Below are positions 49,153-58,902 of a stretch of 64,000 nucleotides of DNA, in pieces. Numbering within the stretch: the first letter of the stretch is position 1; each line of letters opens with the position of its first letter. The notes below the pieces were generated by a model, which saw nothing but the letters and a program-made list of their open reading frames with translations, had not been told where the DNA came from and did no database searches. Source of the stretch: Candidatus Kapaibacterium sp. (GTDB taxonomy: Bacteria > Bacteroidota > Ignavibacteria > Kapaibacteriales > UBA2268); the NCBI GenBank assembly GCA_963665665.1, contig OY762428.1, forward strand, positions 2,816,001 to 2,880,000, given 5' to 3'. A program made the translations under genes and the position numbers.

Positions 49153-50826
49153 ATGAGCAAAATAATCGGGAAAGTGGCGGCGACAGAAAAAGCTCCAACA
49201 ACAATTGATTTTTTTTATTTTTGGACTGATAAAAATAGAATATTGAATCCTTTTGATGTTGTAAAAGTTAAACATATTAATAATTCGACAACTTTTGGAG
49301 TTATTGAAGAAATATCTCATATTACTGACTCTGCTAGCTATTTAAGTTGTTATATATCAAATGATTTTGGTAATGTTGATTTGCAACCAAATTCAAATCG
49401 TATAGGACTAAATTATGTTAAAGCAAAGGTTGTTGGAAATAATGATAATATTTATACACCAGTGTTAAATGGGAGTGATGTAAGTATCGCAGATTCAAAT
49501 GAAATTTTGCAAGCTTTAGGGTTAGATAAAATTAAGAATCCGATGCCTTGTGGATATATTGAAATGTATAGGGGAGAGGATAAAAAAATATTACCTGTAA
49601 ATTTCAACGCACAATTTTTAATTGGGCCTGAAGGTGCACATTTGAATATTTCGGGGATATCAGGTCTTGCAGCAAAAACTTCATATTCTATGTTTTTACT
49701 AAAGGCTATTCAAGAAAAATATGGAAATCAATCTGATGATGATGATATTGATTCCGTTGCATTTGTTGTATTTAATGTAAAGGGAAGGGATCTTTTAGCG
49801 ATTGACGAACCCAATACTAATTTAAGTGAAAAGGATAAAGCAATTTATAAAGATATGATGCAACTTAAAACTAACCCATTTGAAAATGTTACATACTTTT
49901 ACCCATATGCAGAACATTCTACTTCAAAAACATTAAGTTATGGAGAAAAAAATGATATTGAAGCACAAATTGACAACAACAAAGCTTTTAAGTATAAATA
50001 TATATACGAAGAAGATAAGGAAAATTTAGAACTACTTTTTGCAAATGTTGAAGATTCCTCAGGGACAATGGGAGATATTATTAATTTTATTGTTAATGGG
50101 AATGGGAAATTTGGTGATGTTGATAGTTGGAATACATTAATGCAGACTGTTTCTGATTATAAACAATCAGGAAGAAAAGATGGAGATAAAGATATTTCAG
50201 TTCTTAGTTGGAGAAAATTCAGTAGAATAATTAGCAAGTCTTTATCACATTCGATATTTCAAAAAAGTATTGTTTCTGGAAAAAATGAACAAAGACTAAA
50301 AGATGCTGTTTCAAATATTAAGAAAAATGAAGTTCAAGTCATTGATATTGCAAAATTAGATGAGGATACTCAAGCTTTTGTTTTTGGTGATGTTGTAAGA
50401 TCTATTTATGACTTAAAGTTAGGGCAAGACAACAGAGATGAAAATGATATACCTTCGAGAATTATTATTTTTATAGATGAATTGAATAAATATGCATCGA
50501 AAGATGTTCCAAAAAATTCACCTATTTTGAGACAAATTTTGGATATTGCAGAAAGAGGCCGTTCTTTAGGGATTATCTTGTTTTCAGTTGAGCAATTTAA
50601 AAGTGCTATTCACGATAGAGTTAAAGGTAACTGTGCTACTAATGCTTTTGGTAGAACAAATGCAATTGAAATTTCAAAAAGTGATTATCATTTTGTTCCT
50701 CAGGTTTATAAAAATATGATGACAAGATTATCTCCCGGTGAATATATTTTAGAGCATCCGGTATTTCGCTCATTATTGAATATAAAATTTCCACTTCCTT
50801 TATATAAACAATTTCCAAATGGTTAA
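49153..50826 (+). CDS. herA: HerA-family ATPase/translocase
   Basis: N-terminal barrel; HLNISGISGLAAKTS variant Walker A; FNVKG; IFIDELNKYA; IAERGRSLGIILFSVEQ. Confidence 0.82.
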   Translation: MSKIIGKVAATEKAPTTIDFFYFWTDKNRILNPFDVVKVKHINNSTTFGVIEEISHITDSASYLSCYISNDFGNVDLQPNSNRIGLNYVKAKVVGNNDNIYTPVLNGSDVSIADSNEILQALGLDKIKNPMPCGYIEMYRGEDKKILPVNFNAQFLIGPEGAHLNISGISGLAAKTSYSMFLLKAIQEKYGNQSDDDDIDSVAFVVFNVKGRDLLAIDEPNTNLSEKDKAIYKDMMQLKTNPFENVTYFYPYAEHSTSKTLSYGEKNDIEAQIDNNKAFKYKYIYEEDKENLELLFANVEDSSGTMGDIINFIVNGNGKFGDVDSWNTLMQTVSDYKQSGRKDGDKDISVLSWRKFSRIISKSLSHSIFQKSIVSGKNEQRLKDAVSNIKKNEVQVIDIAKLDEDTQAFVFGDVVRSIYDLKLGQDNRDENDIPSRIIIFIDELNKYASKDVPKNSPILRQILDIAERGRSLGIILFSVEQFKSAIHDRVKGNCATNAFGRTNAIEISKSDYHFVPQVYKNMMTRLSPGEYILEHPVFRSLLNIKFPLPLYKQFPNG

Positions 50827-50832
50827 TAGAAT

Positions 50833-52392
50833 ATGATTGAAGAAACAAACAAAACTAGAATTGGTAAAGATGTAATTGAGTCTTTAACATTAGCTATGTA
50901 TGATGATCCGATGTTCATTTACAGAGAGTATATTCAAAATGCCGCTGATCAAATAGATATAGCTTTGGAAGAAGGGATGATTTCATCAAAGGAAGAATGC
51001 AGGATTGAAATAAAAATTGATAAACCTGGTAAAATAATTACAATTTCTGACAATGCTACAGGTGTTCAAAAAGAAAATGTGTTATCAGTATTAAAAAGTA
51101 TCGCACAAGGTGTTAAAGATAGAACAAAGCATAAAGGGTTCAGAGGAATTGGTCGTCTTGGGGGATTGGCATACTGTGATAAATTGATTTTTGAGACAAG
51201 TTTTAAAGGTGAAAATGTTAAATCTATTCTTATATGGAATGCAAAAGAATTAAAGCAAATAATTAATGATAGGACTAAAATTGAGGATGCGACAGAAGTT
51301 ATTGATTTAATTACTGATCATGATTTTAAAGAAGAAAATGAGGATAAAAGATATTTTAAGGTAATATTAAAAAACGTAACAAACGATATACTTTTAAATC
51401 ACGAAGAAGTATACAATTACTTATCAATGGTTGCGCCTGTTCCTTATAATAAGGGATTTTTCTTTCAGGAAAAAATTTATGCCAGAGCTAAAGAATATCA
51501 TTTTCCTATAGATGAATATAATTTGTATATCAATAATAATCAAGTATTTAAAGAATATACGACTACGATTTATGAAGGAGAAAAGCATAATAAAAAGAGA
51601 AGTGATGATGAAATTTTTGACATAGATTTTTTTGATATAAAAAATAAATTCGAAGAAATTTTGTGTTGGGGATGGTATAGTGTTTCCACTTTAAAAAAGC
51701 AGATGCCTCCAGTTAATATTGCTAGAGGAATTCGATTAAGAAAAGGTAATATCCAAATAGGTAATGAGAAACAACTAGTAAAACTATTTAAAGAACCTAG
51801 GGGTTCATTCTATTTTTTTGGAGAAGTTCATGCTACTAGTTCTGATTTAATTCCTAATGCAAGAAGAGATTATTTTACTGAAAATAAAATTTTTAAAATT
51901 TTTGAAAAAGGACTCGAATCAAAATTTAGGGAATTACATGAATTATATCATTTCTCGTCAAGTACAAGAAGTGAGAAGAAAAAAATTGATAACCTAATTA
52001 CCTTTACAGAAGAATTTAACAAAAAAGTAGAAAAGGGGTTTACAAGGCCACAGGAGAAGGAAGAATATGAAGATAAATTAAAAAAATACAAAGAGGATGC
52101 AGAAAAAGCAAGTATCAAAATTGAAAAAATCAAGAATAATGTCGCTAGTGATAAAACTAAAAAAAAGATTGTTGAAAAAATTGCAGCTGATATTAAAGTT
52201 CGTACACCAGAAACAAACAAGATAACAAATAAAAAACCAAAATTATTAACAGATAATCTCCAAAAACTCAATAGGCACGATAGAAAATTAGTTGGTAAAA
52301 TATTGTCAATTATCGATAATATTTTAAAAAAGGATTTGTCTGATAATGTTAAACAAAAAATTATTGAAGAACTTAATAAATCGAAAAATTGA
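50833..52392 (+). CDS. GHKL (Hsp90/MORC-like) ATPase with C-terminal coiled coil
   Basis: YREYIQNAAD, ISDNATG, GFRGIGRLGG; S5-like GIRLRKGNIQIG...PNARRDYF. Confidence 0.82.
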   Translation: MIEETNKTRIGKDVIESLTLAMYDDPMFIYREYIQNAADQIDIALEEGMISSKEECRIEIKIDKPGKIITISDNATGVQKENVLSVLKSIAQGVKDRTKHKGFRGIGRLGGLAYCDKLIFETSFKGENVKSILIWNAKELKQIINDRTKIEDATEVIDLITDHDFKEENEDKRYFKVILKNVTNDILLNHEEVYNYLSMVAPVPYNKGFFFQEKIYARAKEYHFPIDEYNLYINNNQVFKEYTTTIYEGEKHNKKRSDDEIFDIDFFDIKNKFEEILCWGWYSVSTLKKQMPPVNIARGIRLRKGNIQIGNEKQLVKLFKEPRGSFYFFGEVHATSSDLIPNARRDYFTENKIFKIFEKGLESKFRELHELYHFSSSTRSEKKKIDNLITFTEEFNKKVEKGFTRPQEKEEYEDKLKKYKEDAEKASIKIEKIKNNVASDKTKKKIVEKIAADIKVRTPETNKITNKKPKLLTDNLQKLNRHDRKLVGKILSIIDNILKKDLSDNVKQKIIEELNKSKN

Positions 52393-54299
52393 TGAAAAAT
52401 GTTGGCAAAAGACGAGTTATATTAATTGAACCAAATTATAAGAACAAATATCCTCCAATTGGATTAATGAAACTTGCGACATATCACCGAAAAATTGGAT
52501 ATGAAGTAGTCTTCTATAAAGGAGATTTAAAGAATTATATTCACCTTGATATTTATACAGACTTACTTTTCAAACTCAAAAAAATTGACAATGGGGTTTT
52601 ATGGCAAGAATATAAATCATTATTAATCAATTATATTAAAACTGGTAAAAACGAATATTTTGAAGAATTGGTAATACTTTCAAAATATGGTATTCTTGTA
52701 AAGGAGTGTTTAAAATATTATAGAAACTACTATTACTCAAAAGAATATTTAAATTTCCCAAAATGGGATAGAGTTTGTGTTACTACACTGTTTACATTTA
52801 ATTGGAATATTACGATTGAGACAATTAATTTTGCTAAAACAATTGTCAAGGATATCAAACAAATTTTTGTCGGTGGTGTATTAGCTACTGTTTTAGCAGA
52901 AGAGCTTGAGAAAGAAACAGGTATTAAGCCTCACAAAGGTCTTTTAAATAAACCTAAGATTATTGATAAAGATAATGAAATTATTATTGACGAACTACCT
53001 CTTGATTATTCGATTCTAGATGAGATTGATTATAAATATCCTGAAAATGATGCTTATTATAGTTATGTAACTAGAGGATGTATAAGAAAATGTAAGTTTT
53101 GTGCTGTATGGAAGATCGAACCAAAATTCGAACAATATATCTCAATTAAAAATAACATCGATAAAGCAAAATTAATATATGGAGAAAAAAGGAACTTACT
53201 TTTATTAGACAATAACGTACTTGCTTCAAATCAATTTCCAAAAATTATCAAAGAAATTAAAGCATGTGGTTTTTTTAAGGGTGCAAAATATATTGAACCA
53301 AATTATTTAGATATTGCAGTGGAAAATCTCAAAAATTGTATAAATGATAAAGCATATATAAATAAAAGTTTTGAATTGTATCACTATCTATTAAATAAAT
53401 TAAAGGGAGATAAACAACAAGAACTTTATAACCTTCTCAATGAATATAATTTATTAAACATTGATACGGCAACAAAAGAAAATATATTATTAGTTTATTT
53501 AGAAGTAAAGGACTTATTTGAGAAACATAGAAATAAAACAAAGAAATTGAGGTACGTTGATTTTAATCAAGGTGTTGACGCCAGATTAATTAATGAGGAT
53601 AATATGCGGCTATTAAGTGAAATCCCAATTAAACCGTTAAGGATTGCATTTGATAATATTGCATACAAAGATATATATATTAAGGCTATTCAATTGGCAA
53701 AAAAGTATGGAATAAATGATCTCTCCAACTATTTATTATATAATGAAAATGATAAGCCATCGGAATTATATGAGAGGTTAGAAATAAATGTTCTTCTATC
53801 TGAGGAGTTAAACATTAGTATATATTCATTTCCTATGAAATATCATCCGATATCTGGAGAAAAATTTTTAACTCGTGATTATCTCGGATTACATTGGAAT
53901 AGAAAATATATTAGAGCCATTCAAACGATTTTAAATTCAACTAAAGGAAAAATTGGAAAAGGTGTAAGCTTCTTTTATGAAGCTTTTGGCAATAATCTAA
54001 ATGAATATCATAAAATTTTAATAATGCCGGAAACCTATATATTATATCGTTTTTTCTTTAGAGATATCGGATTTACTTCTAAATGGTGGCAAGACTATAA
54101 TAATTTATCTATTAATCAAAAAAATAATGCGTTGGATATAATAAAAACTAACGAGTTTAATAATATTGAGAAATATACAAATAGTTATGTTATTAAATCA
54201 TTTATCAAAGAACATTATTTAATTAGTCGAAATGATATTGTAAATCCAAAATCAAAAATTTATAAATTAAAGGAAAAATACAATAGAAATAAAAAATAA
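52392..54299 (+). CDS. Radical SAM enzyme with cobalamin-binding-like N-terminal domain
   Basis: EPNYKNKYPPIGLMKLA, FVGGVLAT, TRGCIRKCKFC, LLDNN, DFNQGVDARL, LRIAFD; TGATG coupling to the GHKL gene. Confidence 0.85.
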   Translation: MKNVGKRRVILIEPNYKNKYPPIGLMKLATYHRKIGYEVVFYKGDLKNYIHLDIYTDLLFKLKKIDNGVLWQEYKSLLINYIKTGKNEYFEELVILSKYGILVKECLKYYRNYYYSKEYLNFPKWDRVCVTTLFTFNWNITIETINFAKTIVKDIKQIFVGGVLATVLAEELEKETGIKPHKGLLNKPKIIDKDNEIIIDELPLDYSILDEIDYKYPENDAYYSYVTRGCIRKCKFCAVWKIEPKFEQYISIKNNIDKAKLIYGEKRNLLLLDNNVLASNQFPKIIKEIKACGFFKGAKYIEPNYLDIAVENLKNCINDKAYINKSFELYHYLLNKLKGDKQQELYNLLNEYNLLNIDTATKENILLVYLEVKDLFEKHRNKTKKLRYVDFNQGVDARLINEDNMRLLSEIPIKPLRIAFDNIAYKDIYIKAIQLAKKYGINDLSNYLLYNENDKPSELYERLEINVLLSEELNISIYSFPMKYHPISGEKFLTRDYLGLHWNRKYIRAIQTILNSTKGKIGKGVSFFYEAFGNNLNEYHKILIMPETYILYRFFFRDIGFTSKWWQDYNNLSINQKNNALDIIKTNEFNNIEKYTNSYVIKSFIKEHYLISRNDIVNPKSKIYKLKEKYNRNKK

Positions 54300-54625
54300 A
54301 AAATATTTTTATTCCTAAAATATCAATAATTTTTTTGGTTTAGATTATGCAACAAATATATACAATTAATAAGCCTCTACCATATTTATCAGGATCCCTC
54401 CTTCAAATTTTTTTATCCTGTCTCACCCAATATTCGAGGCCGGCAGCAAACTCCTCAGTTGCTATCAGCCCCCGTATGTAATTTTATTTCGGCTTTGTGG
54501 GCCATCACCCTATAGGAATTCTGCTAAACAGGCTTTTGTTGATGTAAATGTATGATAATATTGACTTTAATGCCGTTGGTATGTTCTTTGGAAACAATTT
54601 TTTGTGCCGGAAACCCGCTGTTTTA

Positions 54626-55258
54626 TGCTTCCCGAGCGTTCCCCCGAGCTTCCCGAGCATTACCCCGTGCCTGCCGAGCGTTCCCTCATGCTTTCCGAGC
54701 ATTCCCTCGTACTTCCCGAGCGTTCCCTCGTGCTTTCCGAGCTTTCTCCAGAGCTTCCCGAGCGTTCCCCCGAGCTTTCCGAGCATTCCCCCGTGCTTTC
54801 CGAGCATTCCCCCGAGCCTGCCGAGCATTCCCCCGAGCTTCCCGAGCGTTCCCCCGAGCTTCCCGAGCGTTCCCCCGAGCTTCCCGAGCGTTCCCCCGAG
54901 CTTCCCGAGCGTTCCCCCGAGCTTTCCGAGCGTTCCCCCGAGCTTTCCGAGCCTTCCCTCGTGCTTCCCGAGCCTTCCCCCAAGCTTTCCGAGCTTTCTC
55001 CAGAGCCTGATTATCGCTGATATATGTCATCTTAGCGTTGGGATGTGCCGTCTTAACGTTGGTTCGTGTCATCTTAGCCTTGGTTTGTGTTATCTTAGCC
55101 TTGGTATGTGTCATCTTAGCCTTGGTTCGTGTCGTCTTAGCCTTGGTATGTGTCGTCTTAGTCTTGGTATGTTACGTCTTAGCCTTGGTATGTGTCGTCT
55201 TAGCCTTGGTTCGTGTCGTCTTAGCCTTGGTTTGTGTCATTTTAGCGTTGGTTTGTGC
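54626..55258. repeat. Bipartite 21-bp tandem repeat array
   Basis: (ttcccgagcgttcccccgagc) x about 18, junction cctgattatc, then (tcttagccttggtatgtgtcg) x about 11. Confidence 0.92.
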
Positions 55259-55626
55259 TTCCAAAAACATTTTTTCAGGTAAAATTTTACTCAGAAAAGA
55301 CAGAAATTTACTTTTTTGATATAGATTTTCGTTCTATTGGTCCGTTCGATCCATTTTATCAATTGCTGCTTCTATCCGAAAGTGCCGGTAATCGCTTTTG
55401 CCGGGTGAATATTTGGTTTTTAAATATTGGGGTTTGCTATGCCCGGCATGGTTGAGAATCCAAAGGCACATAATTTCCATCGGACGGGGGCGGAAGTGCC
55501 CCGGGCGCTTTGCCGTGACAGTATTATTGTTTCGGATTATCATATTTTTGCTTGCTCCATTATATTTCTGCCATTAATAAAAGTATTCTATTCTATCCTG
55601 ATCGATAGCATGGGAAAGAGTTAAGT

Positions 55627-56637
55627 TCAATCCCTTGGTTCAGGTGTTGGAATATTATACTCCTTCATCCCTTCCTTTAGATTCTTCTTTATCCTGTCGG
55701 CCAGTTCGAGTGGTTCCAGGACTTTTATTACGCCGGTCCAGCTCATTATCCATGATTCGAAGTCCTTTACGAGGGGGACGGTCATTTCCAGTATCATGTT
55801 GCCGTTTTTATCTTTGCTGATCTTCTGTGAGTTGTGCCAGAAACGCTTTTCGAAATACTGTGTGAATTCCTTTTTTATAAGCAGTTTTACGTTTGCCGGT
55901 TTGCCGTGATAAACGCCGAATCTTTCTTTGCTCCACTCGTTGAAGTCGAAAGGAAGGATTTTATCGCTTACTTTTTCGCAGGGGGATATTTGGCTTATGT
56001 TTTGTATCAGCAGAACCCTGTGCTCGTCCACTTTGCCGCAGGTGAACACGACAGCGTAGAGGTTGCCTTTGTTCTCGAACATTGTTCTTGGCAGGCATTT
56101 GAACCTGCTTTTCTTTTTTCCGTCTGATGACAGGTATTCAACTTCCACCCATTGCTTTTCGGCGATATGCCTTATCAGGGGCCTGATTACCAGGTCTTCC
56201 TGTGTGTAGTCGTAGTAGCCGATGTTTTTATTCCATAGCATGCTGTCCATGCGGAATACCTCGCCGGGGAAAAGTTTGTCCAGCTTTTTGTCCAGCTCTT
56301 CAATGCCTTCGGCAATCACCGTTTTTTTGAAATGCTTGATATAGGCTTTCAGCATGTAGTATGAAAGCATTTCGTTCTGCTGGATTCTCACCGTTTTCGT
56401 CGTATTTCCGGTGATCCCCATATATTCCCAGATTCTTTCCTTATGGCTGTAGTCGCGAAAATCCACCAGATTATGCTCAAACATCAGGGCAAGGTCTCTT
56501 TGTATTGATTTTTTCTCTGCTGACAGGCCTTCGCCGTTCAGGTAATTTATTATATCGCTTACCGTTCCGATATGTTCCTTATTGAAAAATTTCAACAGCC
56601 ATAATATTCTGTCGGCTTTTCCCGGTTTCTTTAGCAT
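55627..56637 (-). CDS. WYL-domain transcriptional regulator 3
   Basis: KKSIQRDL HTH; NKNIGYYDY; RFWHNSQ...FESWIMSW...VLEPLEL. Start moved to MLKK (ggag RBS). Confidence 0.88.
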   Translation of the reverse strand: MLKKPGKADRILWLLKFFNKEHIGTVSDIINYLNGEGLSAEKKSIQRDLALMFEHNLVDFRDYSHKERIWEYMGITGNTTKTVRIQQNEMLSYYMLKAYIKHFKKTVIAEGIEELDKKLDKLFPGEVFRMDSMLWNKNIGYYDYTQEDLVIRPLIRHIAEKQWVEVEYLSSDGKKKSRFKCLPRTMFENKGNLYAVVFTCGKVDEHRVLLIQNISQISPCEKVSDKILPFDFNEWSKERFGVYHGKPANVKLLIKKEFTQYFEKRFWHNSQKISKDKNGNMILEMTVPLVKDFESWIMSWTGVIKVLEPLELADRIKKNLKEGMKEYNIPTPEPRD

Positions 56638-56688
56638 TGCTGACTCCAAATAAAAAAAATATAATATTTCAACGGCTGCAAATGTCAT

Positions 56689-56721
56689 TCGACAAATAAT
56701 GTCCCTCAAAATTTACATTCG
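56689..56721 (+). promoter_or_regulatory. WYL-type operator plus -10 box between WYL3 and the lipoprotein gene
   Basis: tcgaca-aataa-tgtccc-N8-TACATTCG. Confidence 0.6.
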
Positions 56722-56781
56722 AAAGTAAGATTTATTGACAAAATAAAAAAATGATTTTCTTTTACTAATGGAGTTATTATA

Positions 56782-57747
56782 ATGAAACACTTTTTTATGA
56801 CACTTGCAACAGCTATCCTTCTTTTTTCATGTTCGAACACTCATGAAACCGGACGCAAAGCGGCTGAAGACGTTATTAACCTGGTAAAGAGCAACAGGGA
56901 CAATGTGGAAGCTATCGTTAAAGGCCTGGATTCGCTTGAAAAGATTTACCACGAGGATAAGCTGGAAAGGGATTTCGAGATTGGTTTCGAGAATGCGATT
57001 AAGCCTATTGTAAATGCCGGATTCAAACACGAGGTGCATTATAACAGGTACGATACCAAGCTGACAGGCAATCTGCCGATTATTTACAGTCCGGAAGATA
57101 GTCACGTATTCACAATCGTCGACGGCATTAACGATCCGGAAATTGCCGTAAATGTGAAATTATATAATGAGGAAGATTATGGCTGGGAGCCTTATGATGA
57201 ATTTACCGGCGAGATGGACCTGGTATTGACTTCGGGCGGAAGCAGGAATTATGAATTTTCTTATAGCGAGGTTCAGGATATCGGGAATCTGGGAGATCAG
57301 GAAGACATCAGGTTGGCTTTCAGATATCGCAATCTTATCGGGGTTATATCCGATACGCCCCTGGATGATGTGATTGCAACATTCAATGAGATAAACAATA
57401 TAACAACCGTAAACATGCGTTTCGAGGGTAAATTCAATGAAGAAGAGAAGAAAAACCATTCATCCGATAATACAATCCGAAGCCGTTCGGAAGAACAAAT
57501 GGACGACGACGAATTGGACGATGCATTAGAGGAATACGACGATTTCGTTATGAGCTATATTGAACTGATAAAAAAGGTGAATAACAACGATATGACAGCC
57601 TTGGCTGAATACCCGGCGATGATGCAGAAGGCTCAGTCCGCCCAGGAGAAAATGAATAAATTGCAGGGACAGATGACCCCTGCCCAGCTCGGCAAATTTA
57701 TGAAACTACAGGCGAAATACCTCGAGGCAATGCAGGATATGGAGTGA
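56782..57747 (+). CDS. Lipoprotein with C-terminal helical domain
   Basis: Lipobox LLFSC; C-terminal LDDALEEYDDFVMSYIELIKK...DMTALAEY helical domain. Confidence 0.65.
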   Translation: MKHFFMTLATAILLFSCSNTHETGRKAAEDVINLVKSNRDNVEAIVKGLDSLEKIYHEDKLERDFEIGFENAIKPIVNAGFKHEVHYNRYDTKLTGNLPIIYSPEDSHVFTIVDGINDPEIAVNVKLYNEEDYGWEPYDEFTGEMDLVLTSGGSRNYEFSYSEVQDIGNLGDQEDIRLAFRYRNLIGVISDTPLDDVIATFNEINNITTVNMRFEGKFNEEEKKNHSSDNTIRSRSEEQMDDDELDDALEEYDDFVMSYIELIKKVNNNDMTALAEYPAMMQKAQSAQEKMNKLQGQMTPAQLGKFMKLQAKYLEAMQDME

Positions 57748-57831
57748 AAAGGAATTCTTTGTTAGAAATATCAGAAAATTTTCGTATTTTATACCAAATC
57801 ATTGAAAAATTAATTCGGAAAATCATCTGAT

Positions 57832-58902
57832 ATGATTGTTAAGGAGAAGACCTTTCAGAAGGTTTTGGTATTGAATCCGATGCTGATCGCAAAAACGATC
57901 GGATGTGACGAGAAAAAATTAAGAGTGCTAAGCGTTGAATATGCTTATGCTCATCATATTGAAAATATTAGTTCGAGGTTTGATATCGTCATTCGTATCG
58001 ATAATAAAGATGATTTCCGGGATATTTATCTTGAGCTGAAAACCCTTGACAGCAGTAGTTCGATTGGACAAATCGAAAAATATTACGAGATAGTGACTTT
58101 TGATAAATACCATCAACTGTCTGATAATAAAAGGGAACTGCATTTCATGGTTCTGGAAAGCGAGTATGGTTATCCTTCTTTAGCGGGATACCTGGAAAAA
58201 TTCAACAGGACTATCAGTGAAAATATCAATCTTTATGTTGTTCGAAAGGATGACTTTATCAAATACCTCGGAAACGATTCGAAGGGATTTGAAATGAAAA
58301 ACAGAATACAAGATTACAAGCTAAGCGATATAAATGTTGAAACTGTAAACAGGTTTATTGAAGGGGAATATAACGAGGAATACCTGCTGAACTTTATTAA
58401 TTATCTCAGCCCGAGGTACGGCGCTGAAAACAGCGGGAAGCGTTATAACAATGCCGCTGATTTCTTTTACCGGGTTTTTGAAACAGTTTGTTCCGGATTC
58501 GAATATTACGATGATATTAAGATTGGAGAAAATAAAATCCTGAAAAACGGAAATTCCCGGACGATAAATTTCAGGTATAAGAACAGGACTGTTCTGTCCT
58601 TGTTTGCCAATAATTATCCCTTACAGTTCAAACTATTCTTACGTGATGGTTTTGATAAGGGCCTGCAATTAATGATTGAGTACCTTGAAAGCAACTCTGA
58701 TATAATTCTTAAAGACGTTAGGAACAACCATGAAGGCTGGAGCAGGGACAACAGAATGATTTTCAAAGCATTTCCGGCAAAAGGAAAAAAGCAGCTTTTC
58801 CTGCCGCTTGATAAATGGTATGAGGAAAAACAAAGCAATATAGATTCTTTAGTTGTTACTTTAAATTACATTTTTAAAACAATATTGGATGGAGGAGAAT
58901 AA
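57832..58902 (+). CDS. PD-(D/E)XK/NucS-like endonuclease-domain protein
   Basis: EKTFQ...VEY...RFDIVI...YLELK...GQIEKY. Confidence 0.6.
   Translation: MIVKEKTFQKVLVLNPMLIAKTIGCDEKKLRVLSVEYAYAHHIENISSRFDIVIRIDNKDDFRDIYLELKTLDSSSSIGQIEKYYEIVTFDKYHQLSDNKRELHFMVLESEYGYPSLAGYLEKFNRTISENINLYVVRKDDFIKYLGNDSKGFEMKNRIQDYKLSDINVETVNRFIEGEYNEEYLLNFINYLSPRYGAENSGKRYNNAADFFYRVFETVCSGFEYYDDIKIGENKILKNGNSRTINFRYKNRTVLSLFANNYPLQFKLFLRDGFDKGLQLMIEYLESNSDIILKDVRNNHEGWSRDNRMIFKAFPAKGKKQLFLPLDKWYEEKQSNIDSLVVTLNYIFKTILDGGE

Noticed and set aside
52392-54299. Prokaryotic viperin
   Set aside because: About twice viperin length, has a B12-binding-like N-terminus and lacks the viperin SGGEP-type motif.
54626-55258. 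CRISPR array
   Set aside because: Units are contiguous 21-mers with no unique spacers, and no cas genes are present. The same applies to 26372-26775.
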